From Trueperaceae bacterium (GTDB taxonomy: Bacteria; Deinococcota; Deinococci; Deinococcales; Trueperaceae): a stretch of DNA of 64,000 nucleotides. The translations under genes were made by a program, and so were the position numbers. The notes below the pieces were generated by a model. That model worked only from the letters and a program-made list of their open reading frames with translations, made no database searches and was not told the origin of the DNA. Numbering within the stretch: the first letter of the stretch is position 1; each line of letters starts with the position of its first letter. Shown one piece after another: positions 32,167 through 42,399 of this stretch. The stretch lies in assembly GCA_965214405.1 (NCBI GenBank), contig OZ243956.1, positions 2,688,001 to 2,752,000 of the forward strand. The letters are read 5' to 3'.

Positions 32167-32515
32167 GCACGCCTTTGCCCCTCACAAGACCGGGTTATGC
32201 TGGGTCGTGCGCTCGGGTTTTGAGGTCGAACAGCTTTTCTTACGTTTGCGCGGCGGTCAGTTCTCTGTCGAGTGCGTGCTGGTGGCCCCGAGCGGCGCGC
32301 TCAAACACGACACCGTCACCTTTCCGACGCGCAGCGAGCTCGAGGCCGTCAAACGCGCCGCGCGCTATCTTGCGGGTAGAGGCGACGTGGAGGGCGCGTC
32401 CAACGTGAGGTTGCGGATCGAGCGTCGTGGGGAACTCAAGGATGAAACGAACCTAAAACGCTTTTTTGTTCAAACCTTTGAGGACGAGCTTGAGGACGCT
32501 TTAAGCGGTTTGTAA
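32141..32515 (+). CDS. Hypothetical protein
   Basis: 124-aa ORF filling the gap after ask; start uncertain. Confidence 0.5.
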   Translation: MSSTRCRVKHAFAPHKTGLCWVVRSGFEVEQLFLRLRGGQFSVECVLVAPSGALKHDTVTFPTRSELEAVKRAARYLAGRGDVEGASNVRLRIERRGELKDETNLKRFFVQTFEDELEDALSGL

Positions 32516-32577
32516 CGTTTTATAAGGTTTGCTCTACCGCAACCAGCAAGTCTCCTGTGCCGGTTGTACACTGAGCC

Positions 32578-33129
32578 ATGCCACGCGCCGCCGAACCTGT
32601 CAAGACGGGGCTAACGTTTGAGGAGTATCTCGAGTTCGAGCGAAAGAACTCCGAAAAACACGAATTTGTAAACGGTCAACTGTTCATGATGGCTGGGGGG
32701 AGTATTCGTCATAATCGTCTTACGCTCATCTTAGCCGCGCAACTTCTGGCTGCGGAAACCGGAACATGCCGCACCTTCATGGCTGATATGAAACTGCGGA
32801 CGCCGGACGACGTGGGCTACTACCCGGATGTCTTCGTTACTTGCGACGAAAGCGACGACGGTACCTATATTAAACGAAAACCGTGCCTCATCCTCGAGGT
32901 TTTGTCCGATTCGATAGAAGCGATTGACCGGGGCGAAAAGTTGCGCAACTACCTCAAGCTGACAAGTTTGCAAGGCTACGTACTGGTGAGTCAAAACGAG
33001 CCGCGTCTGGAAATGTTTCGCCGTGAAGAAAACGGCTGGCGTTATGAGGTGAAAGAGGCTGGAGAGACGCTGACGCTGCCGTGTCTGGACTTTACGCTGG
33101 TTGTGGATGAGCTTTACGCTGGATTGTAG
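32578..33129 (+). CDS. Uma2-family endonuclease
   Basis: TFEEYLEFE...KHEFVNG..MMAGG...YYPDVFVTC...P.LILEVLS...DRGEK. Confidence 0.93.
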   Translation: MPRAAEPVKTGLTFEEYLEFERKNSEKHEFVNGQLFMMAGGSIRHNRLTLILAAQLLAAETGTCRTFMADMKLRTPDDVGYYPDVFVTCDESDDGTYIKRKPCLILEVLSDSIEAIDRGEKLRNYLKLTSLQGYVLVSQNEPRLEMFRREENGWRYEVKEAGETLTLPCLDFTLVVDELYAGL

Positions 33130-33181
33130 ATTTTGAGTCAAGGCTAGAGTCGCAGCTCAAAATAAAGTCTTTGCAGCCAAG

Positions 33182-33592
33182 CTAACCATGTCCACGCCTA
33201 TCCACGCTTTTTACTTGAAAGACGATGTAGGCGCTTTTTTCACCCCCATTCTCTAAAAAATCTTTCTTCCGCCGCTTGTAGAGCTCTGGCGTGAAGTGGG
33301 CTTCCCAAGCTTTCATAGCGCTTTCTGCCTCTTCATCAGGCGTGTCCAGAAAGGAAAGAAGAAAAGGTATATCTTCTTCGGTCACCAGGTCCCAAAGCAT
33401 CATATCGAGTTTTCCAACGACTCTTGTGGAAATGTGAGCAGGATTTCCCTGTGCATATTCCTCTTCCGTAGCTGGACGTTCCTCAAGCTCATCATCAAGC
33501 TCTTCAGCTCTTACCCTCACTTCTATAGGTGAGAGCTTCCCTGCCTGCCACGCAAGAAGCAGTTGGCGTAAAGTGTTTCTGTCTACAGTCAT
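33182..33592 (-). CDS. Hypothetical protein
   Basis: 136-aa acidic ORF, lower GC, downstream of the HAD gene. Confidence 0.6.
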   Translation of the reverse strand: MTVDRNTLRQLLLAWQAGKLSPIEVRVRAEELDDELEERPATEEEYAQGNPAHISTRVVGKLDMMLWDLVTEEDIPFLLSFLDTPDEEAESAMKAWEAHFTPELYKRRKKDFLENGGEKSAYIVFQVKSVDRRGHG

Positions 33593-33605
33593 CTTTCAGT
33601 ATCCT

Positions 33606-34271
33606 CTACAGACTTCTGAAAAGCTCGAGCGACACCTCTTCCAACGACTCCAAGACCACGTCCGCCTGCGCCACGACCTCGGCTCGGGTAGGAAAACGCG
33701 GGTCGGGCACGGCGATAACCTTCATGCCCGCGTTTTTGCCCGCCAGGATGCCGTTCGAGGAGTCTTCTAAACAGACGCAGCGTGTCGGGTCCACGCCGAG
33801 CCGCCGGGCGGCCTCTAAATAAACATCCGGCTGGGGCTTGCCGTGTGCGACTTCATCCGCGGAAAGGATGACCCCGAACTTGTCCGCCACCTCCGGCGCG
33901 GCGGTCACCAAATCAATGAGCTTACGAATCGAACCCGAGGCGAGGCCGGTCGGGAAGTTTGCCGAGGCCAAGGTCACAGCTTCGACCGCGCCGGGCAAAA
34001 AAGGAATCTCGCGCTCGTACATCGTCACCATGCGGGCCGCGATTTCGTCCTCGACCTCCCCCGGCGGAAGGTCCAAATCCCAGCGTTTAATCATGTAATC
34101 CACCCACGCCTGCGTGTTGGTGCCCATGATGGCGTGGTGATCCTCTTTGTTCCAGGTTTTACCCAGGCGCGCGGCCATGTCTAAGCGCGCCCTGTCCCAC
34201 ACGGGCTCCGAATCGACCAAAAGCCCGTCCATGTCAAAAATAACGGCGTCTATCATGCTTTTTTCTACCAC
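33606..34271 (-). CDS. HAD-family phosphatase
   Basis: FDMDGLLVDSE, GKPQPDVY, EDSSNG. Confidence 0.93.
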   Translation of the reverse strand: MVEKSMIDAVIFDMDGLLVDSEPVWDRARLDMAARLGKTWNKEDHHAIMGTNTQAWVDYMIKRWDLDLPPGEVEDEIAARMVTMYEREIPFLPGAVEAVTLASANFPTGLASGSIRKLIDLVTAAPEVADKFGVILSADEVAHGKPQPDVYLEAARRLGVDPTRCVCLEDSSNGILAGKNAGMKVIAVPDPRFPTRAEVVAQADVVLESLEEVSLELFRSL

Positions 34272-34288
34272 ACGCTTGTTCTTGATAC

Positions 34289-34825
34289 TTACCGTGCGGC
34301 CTCACCGGGCAACTGCCGGTGGTGATGCCGCACGTGCCACGAAACCATTTGAAAGCACTCGAGCACGCTCATGGGACCCAAAAAAGGCTGGACCATGCAC
34401 TGTTCGTCCGCCTTGCTTGAACGCTCCGCCTCTTTTGCCGCGTTTGTAACGGCCTCTCGCGTTTCTTGCAAGTCGCTCAGCAGCGCCTCTAAGGGACGGC
34501 CCGGCTCGGGTAAACCCGATTCGGGGGAGAGGGGTCGTCCTTCGCTCGAGAGCGTGCCGCGGGGCAAGACTAAGGGCTCACGTCCTTCTGCCGTTCTCGC
34601 AATGGCTTTGGCGAGATTTCTGTTGACGCGAACCACGTGGTCGGCAATCTCGGCGGGGCTCCACTTGCCTTCACTGACGGGTTGCTGGAAGACGGATTCA
34701 TCCAGACGGGCGAGCACATCCGAAAAGCGCGCCGTGCCCTTCTCGAGCTTGTCTATCACCTCATCAACCGAACCTCCCTGACGCGCTAAGTAATCTTTTG
34801 GAAAGTACGCCTCGATTTCTTTCAC
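34289..34825 (-). CDS. DinB-family protein
   Basis: GKWSPAEIADHV...HVRHHHRQ. Confidence 0.85.
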   Translation of the reverse strand: MKEIEAYFPKDYLARQGGSVDEVIDKLEKGTARFSDVLARLDESVFQQPVSEGKWSPAEIADHVVRVNRNLAKAIARTAEGREPLVLPRGTLSSEGRPLSPESGLPEPGRPLEALLSDLQETREAVTNAAKEAERSSKADEQCMVQPFLGPMSVLECFQMVSWHVRHHHRQLPGEAAR

Positions 34826-34924
34826 GTTCTACCTCGTTTCCTTTGAGTTTAGTTTAGCTTAGAGGCGCGAGGCGCGTAAGGTGCGAAAGGTATAAAGGGC
34901 GCGGCGTGCGCTACGCTTTGAAGT

Positions 34925-35329
34925 ATGGAAAAGAGTATGAAAGCGCTTGTGCTTTACGACGGTAACTGCGGTTTTTGCCGCTGGTCGGTCACGCTGGCGG
35001 GGCGTCTTGACAAACGGGAGAGGCTCGAGCCCGTCGCCCTGCAAACGCCGGGTGTGCTGGAGCGTTTCGGCGTCCCCCGCGCCGAGGCCGAAAAGGCGCT
35101 GCACGTCGTCGCGCCGGACGGCTCCGTTCATAAAGCCGGGAACGCGCTGCGGGTGATGGCGTCGGAGCTGCCGTGGGTGTGGCCGCTACGGTTTTTGTGG
35201 CTCATCCCCGGATTTTCGTGGCTGGCCGACCGCGCTTACTTTCTCGTGGCCGATAACCGCGGCAGGTTGGCGCGCGTGGCGAGTCGGCCCGACGTTCCTG
35301 GCACGCGTTCCCGTTCTGATTTGGGCTGA
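34925..35329 (+). CDS. DCC-family thiol-disulfide oxidoreductase (DUF393)
   Basis: VLYDGNCGFC...Y.LVA.NR. Confidence 0.88.
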   Translation: MEKSMKALVLYDGNCGFCRWSVTLAGRLDKRERLEPVALQTPGVLERFGVPRAEAEKALHVVAPDGSVHKAGNALRVMASELPWVWPLRFLWLIPGFSWLADRAYFLVADNRGRLARVASRPDVPGTRSRSDLG

Positions 35330-35439
35330 GTTTAGACCGGGTACAACGTTGGAGGGGCTGCGAAGCGCGTTATACTCGAGCCTAATGACACGCTCGAACA
35401 CACATTTTTTAGCCTCAAAGCTAGCCTCGGACCTGTAAG

Positions 35440-36594
35440 GTGAATTTTTCCTTGCCCGACGAGCTAGAAATGATGCAGCACACCGTCCGCGACTTTGCGA
35501 CGCGCGAAATCGCCCCCTGCGCCGCCGAACTGGACAAGCATCCCGCGTTCCCCTGGCGCACGCTTAGAAAAATGGGTGAGCTAGGCTTAATGGGCATTAC
35601 GATACCTGAAAAATACGGCGGTTCGGGTTTGGACACGCTGAGTTACGTGGTGATGCTCGAGGAAATCTCCGCCGCCGACGCCTCGCACGGCACCATCATG
35701 AGCGTGACTAACGGCTTGCCCCAGACGATGCTCTTAGAGTACGGCAGCGACGAACAAAAAAAGCACTACCTCCCCAAACTCGCCTCGGGCGAGTGGATTG
35801 GCTCATTCTGCCTCTCCGAACCTCACTGCGGCTCGGACGCGGCGGCGATGAAAACGCGAGCTGTGAAAGTAGAGGGGGGTTACCGGCTCTCGGGCACCAA
35901 GGCCTGGATTACCTCGGGCGGCGAGGCACAGGTTTATCTGGTCATGGCGAAAACGGAGCCCGGCGCGGGGGCGCGCGGCGTGTCGTGCTTTGTGATCGAA
36001 AAGGGCGCGAAGGGGATGTTTTTTGGCAAGCCCGAAGAAAAACTCGGGCAGCACGCCGCCATCACCACCACGCTCACCTTTGACGACCTCTTCGTGCCCG
36101 ACGAGGCGCTGCTCGGCCCCGAGGGACAGGGTTTTATCATTGCAATGGCGTCTCTCGACGGGGGGCGCATCGGGATTGCGGCGCAGGCGGTGGGGATTGC
36201 TCGAGCCGCCTTTGAGGCCGCCCGCGACTACGCCGCCGAGCGCGAGGCGTTCGGGCGGCCCATCCGCGACTTTCAGGGGATTTCGTTTAAGTTAGCCGAC
36301 ATGGCGACGGAACTCGAGGCCGCCCGCCTCTTAACCTACCGCGCCGCTTGGCTCAAAGACCGCGGCTACAGGGTCACGCAAGAGGCCGCGATGGCGAAAC
36401 TTTTCGCCTCCGAAGCCGCCAACCGCATCACCGACGGCGCGCTCCAGGTTTTCGGCGGCTACGGCTACGTGCGCGACTATCCCGTCGAGCGCTTTTTCCG
36501 CGACGCGCGCGTAACCGAACTCTACGAGGGCACCAGCGAAATCCAGCGCGTCGTTATCGGGCGGCAAATCTACCGCGACATGGACCGCAAGTGA
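35440..36594 (+). CDS. Acyl-CoA dehydrogenase
   Basis: FCLSEPHCGSD, GTKAWIT, GRIGIAAQAVG, FGGYGY, LYEGTSEIQR. Confidence 0.95.
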   Translation: MNFSLPDELEMMQHTVRDFATREIAPCAAELDKHPAFPWRTLRKMGELGLMGITIPEKYGGSGLDTLSYVVMLEEISAADASHGTIMSVTNGLPQTMLLEYGSDEQKKHYLPKLASGEWIGSFCLSEPHCGSDAAAMKTRAVKVEGGYRLSGTKAWITSGGEAQVYLVMAKTEPGAGARGVSCFVIEKGAKGMFFGKPEEKLGQHAAITTTLTFDDLFVPDEALLGPEGQGFIIAMASLDGGRIGIAAQAVGIARAAFEAARDYAAEREAFGRPIRDFQGISFKLADMATELEAARLLTYRAAWLKDRGYRVTQEAAMAKLFASEAANRITDGALQVFGGYGYVRDYPVERFFRDARVTELYEGTSEIQRVVIGRQIYRDMDRK

Positions 36595-36598
36595 CGCG

Positions 36599-36970
36599 GT
36601 GAGGCGTGTGCTTTACGACCGTCACGGTGCGCCGCGGCTCTACCTCACGGGCGCGGGCGTGGTGTACAACCTGCGCGACGAGCCGCTGGGCTTTGTGAAT
36701 GACGAACGCGTGGCGGATGTGCGCGGCGCTCCCGTTGCTTGGTTTGACGGAAGCTTTTTGTGGGACGTGGAAGGCAAGCTCCTGGGTTTTGTCAAAGGTG
36801 CGCAGCCCGCACCCGGCTTCACGCTTCCTAAAACTCAGCCTCTTCGTATTAAACCCAACCCACAACGCGCCACGCTCGCGCCCTTTCTCCTTCGCTCGCC
36901 TCGGCCTTCTCTTGTGTGGGCGTGGTCGGAAGGGGACGCTGAGGGGCTGTTTGAGGCTCGAGTCATCTAA
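36599..36970 (+). CDS. Hypothetical protein, 4-fold beta-flower-like repeats
   Basis: Four repeats of [LV]Y[DN]..G.P[LV][GA][FW] at about 17-aa period. Confidence 0.6.
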   Translation: MRRVLYDRHGAPRLYLTGAGVVYNLRDEPLGFVNDERVADVRGAPVAWFDGSFLWDVEGKLLGFVKGAQPAPGFTLPKTQPLRIKPNPQRATLAPFLLRSPRPSLVWAWSEGDAEGLFEARVI

Positions 36971-37002
36971 CTCATCTCGTTTTTATCGATAAAGGAGCAC
37001 GC

Positions 37003-38142
37003 ATGATTTCCTTCGACCTAACCGATGAGCAAAAGCAGTTTCAGTCTTTGGCGAGGCAGTTTGCTAAGGACGTCATTATCCCCAACGCGGCCCAACACGA
37101 TAGGGACGAGAGTTTTCCCGAAGACATCGTCGCGCAGGCGCACGAGCTGGGCTTGCTCAACGTCCTCATCCCCGAGGCGGTGGGGGGCTTAGGCTTAGGC
37201 ATGGTTGACGAGGTCGTGATTGGCGAAGAACTCGCCTACGGCTGCATGGGCATCTACACCATCCTGATGGCCTCCGAACTGGGCATCACGCCGCTGCTCG
37301 TCGCGGGGAGCCCGGAGCAGCACGAGCGGTTTTTGAAGCCTCTCTTGACGGGACCCAAGCTCGCGGCTTTTGCGCTCTCCGAGCCCGACAACGGCTCCGA
37401 CGCGGGGGCGATGAAGACCAGGGCCACCCTCGAGGGCGACGACGTGGTGCTAAACGGCAACAAGATGTGGATCACCAACGGCGGCCTGGCGGACGTTACC
37501 GTCGTGTTCGCCTCCCACGACCCCGAAAAGCGGCACCGCGGCACGCTCGCGGTGGTGGTTGAGAAGGATACGCCCGGCTTCTCTCACCAAAAAATCCACG
37601 GCAAGATGGGCCAGCGCGCCTCTTATACTTCCGAGCTGATTCTTGACAACGTGCGCGTGCCCAAGGAAAACATCTTGGGCGAACCCGGCGACGGTTTCAG
37701 GATTGCCATGAAAACGCTTGACAAAACGCGCATCCCGGTCGCGGCAGGCTCGGTCGGGGTGGCGCGGCGGGCGCTGGACGAGTCGGTCGCCTACGCCGCC
37801 GAGCGTAAAGCCTTTGGCAAACCCATCAACACCCTGCAGGCCATCCAGTTTAAGTTGGCTGAGATGAAGATGGGGCTCGAGACCGCCCGCTGGCAGACCC
37901 TTTACGCCGCCTGGCTCGTCGACTGCGGCAGACCCCACACCGAGGCCTCGGCCATCGCCAAGTGCTACGCCTCGGACATGGCGTTCGAGGCCGCGAACGA
38001 GGCCATTCACGTGCATGGCGGCTACGGCTACGTGAACGAGTATCCGGTGGAAAAACTCTTGCGCGACGTGAAGCTCAACCAGATTTACGAGGGGACGAAT
38101 GAGATTCAGCGGGTGGTAATCGCGCGGGGGTTGACGTCTTAG
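37003..38142 (+). CDS. Acyl-CoA dehydrogenase
   Basis: FALSEPDNGSD, GNKMWITNG, HGGYGY, IYEGTNEIQR. Confidence 0.95.
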   Translation: MISFDLTDEQKQFQSLARQFAKDVIIPNAAQHDRDESFPEDIVAQAHELGLLNVLIPEAVGGLGLGMVDEVVIGEELAYGCMGIYTILMASELGITPLLVAGSPEQHERFLKPLLTGPKLAAFALSEPDNGSDAGAMKTRATLEGDDVVLNGNKMWITNGGLADVTVVFASHDPEKRHRGTLAVVVEKDTPGFSHQKIHGKMGQRASYTSELILDNVRVPKENILGEPGDGFRIAMKTLDKTRIPVAAGSVGVARRALDESVAYAAERKAFGKPINTLQAIQFKLAEMKMGLETARWQTLYAAWLVDCGRPHTEASAIAKCYASDMAFEAANEAIHVHGGYGYVNEYPVEKLLRDVKLNQIYEGTNEIQRVVIARGLTS

Positions 38143-38261
38143 CCGCATGACGGTTTTTCAGGAAACGTTACCGCGCGGGGTGCAAGGTAGCCATAGCCAA
38201 AGTACCAGACGACTACCTGCTATACATTTCAGCAAGAAAGGCGTGGCGTCAAAAATATAAA

Positions 38262-38290
38262 GAAGCCCCCTCGAGACTCGAGGGGGCTTC
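38262..38290 (-). terminator. Terminator hairpin after rpmE
   Basis: GAAGCCCCCTCGAG-A-CTCGAGGGGGCTTC. Confidence 0.7.
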
Positions 38291-38305
38291 CCTTTGAAGT
38301 TATGG

Positions 38306-38524
38306 TTACTTGCTCTTCCGGCGGTAGCTCTCACCAAAGCGCTTCTGGAACTTCTCGACGCGGCCTTCGGTGTCGATAAAGCGCTGCTGACCGGTGTAAA
38401 AGGGGTGACAGGCGCTACACACATCCACCTGAATCTCAGGCTTCGTGCTCATCGTCTCGATCACGTTGCCGCAACCACAAAAGATTTTGGCGGGAACAAC
38501 CTTGGGGTGAATATCTGCTTGCAT
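38306..38524 (-). CDS. rpmE: 50S ribosomal protein L31 (Zn-binding type)
   Basis: MQADIHP...CGCG...[10 protein letters not shown]...GRVEKF. Confidence 0.97.
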   Translation of the reverse strand: MQADIHPKVVPAKIFCGCGNVIETMSTKPEIQVDVCSACHPFYTGQQRFIDTEGRVEKFQKRFGESYRRKSK

Positions 38525-38685
38525 TGTGGGTCTCCTTCCGTCGCACGGGCTTGGTCGTGCGGGAGCAAAGCGTAGTTTAGCAGATAAGGGGAGATGGGGT
38601 GTGTTGGCGCGACACGCTTGTACTTGTAGGGGGATAGAGAGTAGAGAACAGAGTGATAGTGCCTCTTTCTACCTCCCCAAAGCTT

Positions 38686-39189
38686 CTACAGCTCGAGCTT
38701 CTTGTTTTCTCCCGGCTGCGCCGTGTCGTTTTGCACGACCGCTCGAGCCATCTCGAAAAGCTGCGCCACGCCGTTGGGCGCGTCCCAATATTCGGCCTGG
38801 GTGGCCCGAACGCGTAAAAGCGCCAAGTGCGGGTCGTTCAAACCGTCGGGGAACCACGCCTTGAGCGCGGGGCTCCACAGCTCTTCCGCCTTGGCCCGGT
38901 CATGCACGACCTGCGCCGTGCCGGACACGGACACGTAGAGGTTGTTCTTTTCGCTCGCGTAGCTCAAGTTAACCTGTTTGTCCTTGGCGACCTCGTCCGT
39001 TTTGGCCGAGTCGTCGCGGGTAAAAAACCAGATGTCGCCGTCGAACTCGGGTTGCTGCGTGTACATGGGGCGGCTGCGGAGCACCTCGTCGCCCTCGTCG
39101 GTCACCATCATGGCGATGCGGATGTCTTTGATTTTGTCCCAAAGCGCCTCGCGGCTTTGCGTCATGGTTGCGGCATCGGTCAGGCTCAT
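38686..39189 (-). CDS. General stress protein 26 / PNPOx-like protein
   Basis: IKDIRIAMM...LRSRPM...IWFFT...YVSVSG.A...LWSP..KAWFP.G..DP...AEYWD. Confidence 0.9.
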   Translation of the reverse strand: MSLTDAATMTQSREALWDKIKDIRIAMMVTDEGDEVLRSRPMYTQQPEFDGDIWFFTRDDSAKTDEVAKDKQVNLSYASEKNNLYVSVSGTAQVVHDRAKAEELWSPALKAWFPDGLNDPHLALLRVRATQAEYWDAPNGVAQLFEMARAVVQNDTAQPGENKKLEL

Positions 39190-39292
39190 AAAAATCCTTT
39201 CGTTACGCTAAAAACGTCATTTCAAAAGTTTTGTCAAAAACTCATCCAGACTCGAGCCTATGACCCAGAACGCGCACAAAGTAGCGCCTATC

Positions 39293-39751
39293 CTACGATG
39301 CTTTTACGCCTTGTGCCCCCTCTGACGCCTCAGCGTGCTCGCGCACCTGCCGCTTGAGCCGCCCCATGATGGCCGACATACCGCGCAGCCGCAGGGGCGA
39401 AATCACCTCACCCAAACCCATCTGCGTGTAAAAATCATCGGGCGTGTCCAGAATGTCCTCGGCGGGCAGACCGCTCAAGCCTTCTGAGAGGATGCCCGCA
39501 AAGCCGCGTGTGGTGGGCGCTTCGGGCGGGGCGTCGAAATGAAACAGCACGCGGTCGTCCGGGAATTCGGTGGCGACGAAAAAGGGCGTCTGACATTCGT
39601 GAACGCGCTCCATCGCGTCGCGGCTGTTTTCTAAATGTTCGGGCAAAGGGGGCACTTTTTTGGAATACTCTAAGAGCATCTGGAGCCGCAGCGCCTTGGG
39701 CGCGCTTTTGAACATGCTGATGACGTTTTGAAGTTTATCGGGTACGCTCAT
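39293..39751 (-). CDS. sufE: SufE-family cysteine desulfuration protein
   Basis: LLEYS..VP.LP...VHECQTP...PEAPTTRGFA...SPLRLRG. Confidence 0.9.
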   Translation of the reverse strand: MSVPDKLQNVISMFKSAPKALRLQMLLEYSKKVPPLPEHLENSRDAMERVHECQTPFFVATEFPDDRVLFHFDAPPEAPTTRGFAGILSEGLSGLPAEDILDTPDDFYTQMGLGEVISPLRLRGMSAIMGRLKRQVREHAEASEGAQGVKAS

Positions 39752-39778
39752 GCTCCAAGCATAGCCATTTTTAATCTT

Positions 39779-40918
39779 TCAGGCCGTGGCCTGCGTGGCA
39801 AAGCCCGCGAGACGGTCCGCGCCAAAGAGGCTTAAGTCGTGGCGTGAAGAGCCTTCTAACGCTAAGTCTGCCAGAACCTCCCCCAAGACCGGCCCAAACT
39901 TAAAGCCGTGACCCGAGAAGCCTCCGGCAAGAACGACGTGCGGGTGCTCCGGGTGACGGTCGAGGATGAAATGCTCGTCGGGCGTTTTGGTGTAGAGGCA
40001 CATCTCGTAGCTCACAAGGTTGTCCGTTACGTCGGGCATAAAGGCGCGCACCCTTTGGATGGTGTGGCGGGCTCGAGACTCCATCAGCGCGTTGGGGCGG
40101 TTTTCTAACTCTATCCTGGGTGCCCCGTAATGGTCCGACACCTTGACGGCGTGGGGAAACTCCAAGGGCGGCAAACCGTAGACGCCGCTCTCGTGGTTGA
40201 TAAAAACGGGCATCTTGCCCCGTGCAAAATGTTCGCCATGCGCGACCCGCAGATAAAGAACCTGCTGCTGCTCGACGTGCAGCGACGTCTCCAACTCCGG
40301 GACGAGTCGGCTCAGCCACGGCCCCGCGCTCAGGACGAGCCGGTCGGCGGCGACGCGGCCTCCCGCTGTGGTGAGCGTGACGTGGTCCCGGTGAACGTCG
40401 ATATGCTCGAGGGGCGTCCGGTCGCGCAGCACCGCGCCGCGCTCGGCGGCCACGCGCTGCATCGCGCTTAGGCAGCGCGTGGCGGCGAGAACGCCCGCGT
40501 GGGGTTGAAAAAGGGCTTCTTGACCCTCGAGCAGCCTCATGGCCGGAAAACGCGCCCCCACTTCTTTTGAAGATAAACGTTCAAAAGGCCGTCCGACCGC
40601 CGTAAGCGCTCTCTCAATAGGTTCTAGTTCAGCCCTACCGATGTCAAGGCCACCCGTGCGGTAGAGGAGCTTATCGTCGCTGTCTTGCTCTAACTGTTTC
40701 CACGCCTCGTCCGCGGCGAGCGCCAGCTTCACGTAACGTTCGTCCTCGTAAGCGTGCCGGAAGATGCGCGAGCCGCTGTGGGAGGAGCCGCGCGCGTGCA
40801 AAAAGGGGTACTGCTCGAGCAGCAGCACCTTGGCCCGGTTGGCCCGGCTCGAGAGCTTATAGGCCGCCGCGCTCCCGGCAACCCCCGCACCGACGACGAT
40901 GACGTCAAACTGTTCCAT
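39779..40918 (-). CDS. Sarcosine oxidase / N-methyl-L-tryptophan oxidase family
   Basis: VGAGVAG, GSSHSGSRI, CLYTKTPDEHFILD, GFSGHGFKF. Confidence 0.9.
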   Translation of the reverse strand: MEQFDVIVVGAGVAGSAAAYKLSSRANRAKVLLLEQYPFLHARGSSHSGSRIFRHAYEDERYVKLALAADEAWKQLEQDSDDKLLYRTGGLDIGRAELEPIERALTAVGRPFERLSSKEVGARFPAMRLLEGQEALFQPHAGVLAATRCLSAMQRVAAERGAVLRDRTPLEHIDVHRDHVTLTTAGGRVAADRLVLSAGPWLSRLVPELETSLHVEQQQVLYLRVAHGEHFARGKMPVFINHESGVYGLPPLEFPHAVKVSDHYGAPRIELENRPNALMESRARHTIQRVRAFMPDVTDNLVSYEMCLYTKTPDEHFILDRHPEHPHVVLAGGFSGHGFKFGPVLGEVLADLALEGSSRHDLSLFGADRLAGFATQATA

Positions 40919-41178
40919 AGAGAACTCCCTATAGTCACTATAAACCTTGAGGTTCGTGGAAGGCTCGAGGGCGTCTAAAAGAGCGTGAGGCGTGTAGATG
41001 TCAGGCCAGAGGCTTGCAAACCGAAGCCTTCACCGCGCTTCTCGAGCCTCTAAGCGTATAGTTGGAGCCATAGTCAGCGCGCCTCGCCCCACCCTTTCTC
41101 GGCGCATCACCAGAGTCTCGGCCTTACCTATCACGCCCGATAATTCAGGGTGAGGCCAAAACATAAAGGAGCTTTCCT

Positions 41179-42342
41179 GTGAAACGCGTTGTCGTCGCTT
41201 TCGGGACCCGGCCCGAGGCCAACAAGATGGTGCCCGTTGTTTTTGCCCTGCGGGCTCAGGCGGAGCTCGAGCCTCTCATCCTCACGACGGGTCAGCATAG
41301 GGAGCAGCTTGACAGCACGCTCGAGCTCTTCGACTTGCGCCCCGACATCGACCTCAACGTCATGACGCAGCGGCAAACGCTGCCCGCCCTGACGAGCAAG
41401 TTGGTCGAGGCGGCGGCCACGGCGCTTAAAGACCTGCAAGCCGACTACGTCTTGGTCCACGGCGACACCCTCACCACCTTTTGCGTGGCGCTCGCGGCTT
41501 TTTTCGAGCGCGTCCCGGTCGGTCACGTCGAGGCCGGGCTCAGGAGCCACAATCTGCAGGAGCCCTTTCCCGAAGAGGCCCTGCGCTGCCTCACCGACGT
41601 GGTGACCGATTTGGCGCTGGCCCCCACCCCCGGCGCGAAAGAGAATCTGCTCCGGGAAAACAAAGCTCCTCAAACCATCCTCGTGACCGGTCAGACCGCG
41701 GTGGACGGGGTGCGCCTGGCGAGTGAACGCGCGAGGCTGCCCCAGTGGGTCGCGGCGCACGCGCACCGTCGGCTCGTGACGGTGACGATGCACCGCCGGG
41801 AGAACTGGCCGGTTTTGGGGGAGCTGGCGACGGCGCTCGAAAGGGTGGCGGAGGCCCGCCAAGACTGCACCTTCGTTTATCCCGTCCACCTCAACCCCGT
41901 CGTGCGCGAGGCGGTGACGCCCGTGCTTACGGGTCTGGACAACGTCATCCTCTGCGACCCGCTGCCCTACGGCGAGATGGCGGCGCTTATGAAGCGCTCG
42001 GTATTGTTAGTGACCGATTCGGGGGGCTTGCAAGAAGAGGGCGCGAGCTTAGAGGTTCCCGTCGCGGTCTTGAGAAACGTAACCGAACGCCCCGAGGGCG
42101 TCGAGGCGGGCGTGATTAAGCTCGTCGGGACGGAGCCCGAGGAGGTTGTGAGGCAACTTGGCACGCTGCTTAGGGAGCCCGCCGCGCTCGAGGCGATGCG
42201 CCGCCGCCCCAACCCCTACGGCGACGGTCACGCCTCTTCACGCGTCGCGCAGGCCGTCGCCTGGCGGCTCGGTTTGGCCCCGCGCCCCGACGACTGGAGC
42301 GGCGTGTCGGACCTTAAAGCCCAGCCGTCCACTGTTCGCTAG
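41179..42342 (+). CDS. wecB: UDP-N-acetylglucosamine 2-epimerase (non-hydrolysing)
   Basis: [41 protein letters not shown]. Confidence 0.96.
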   Translation: MKRVVVAFGTRPEANKMVPVVFALRAQAELEPLILTTGQHREQLDSTLELFDLRPDIDLNVMTQRQTLPALTSKLVEAAATALKDLQADYVLVHGDTLTTFCVALAAFFERVPVGHVEAGLRSHNLQEPFPEEALRCLTDVVTDLALAPTPGAKENLLRENKAPQTILVTGQTAVDGVRLASERARLPQWVAAHAHRRLVTVTMHRRENWPVLGELATALERVAEARQDCTFVYPVHLNPVVREAVTPVLTGLDNVILCDPLPYGEMAALMKRSVLLVTDSGGLQEEGASLEVPVAVLRNVTERPEGVEAGVIKLVGTEPEEVVRQLGTLLREPAALEAMRRRPNPYGDGHASSRVAQAVAWRLGLAPRPDDWSGVSDLKAQPSTVR

Positions 42343-42399
42343 CGCGTTCCCTTCAAGTCGAGGAACACGAATATCTCTTCGCATTCGGTAAGCTTCAAC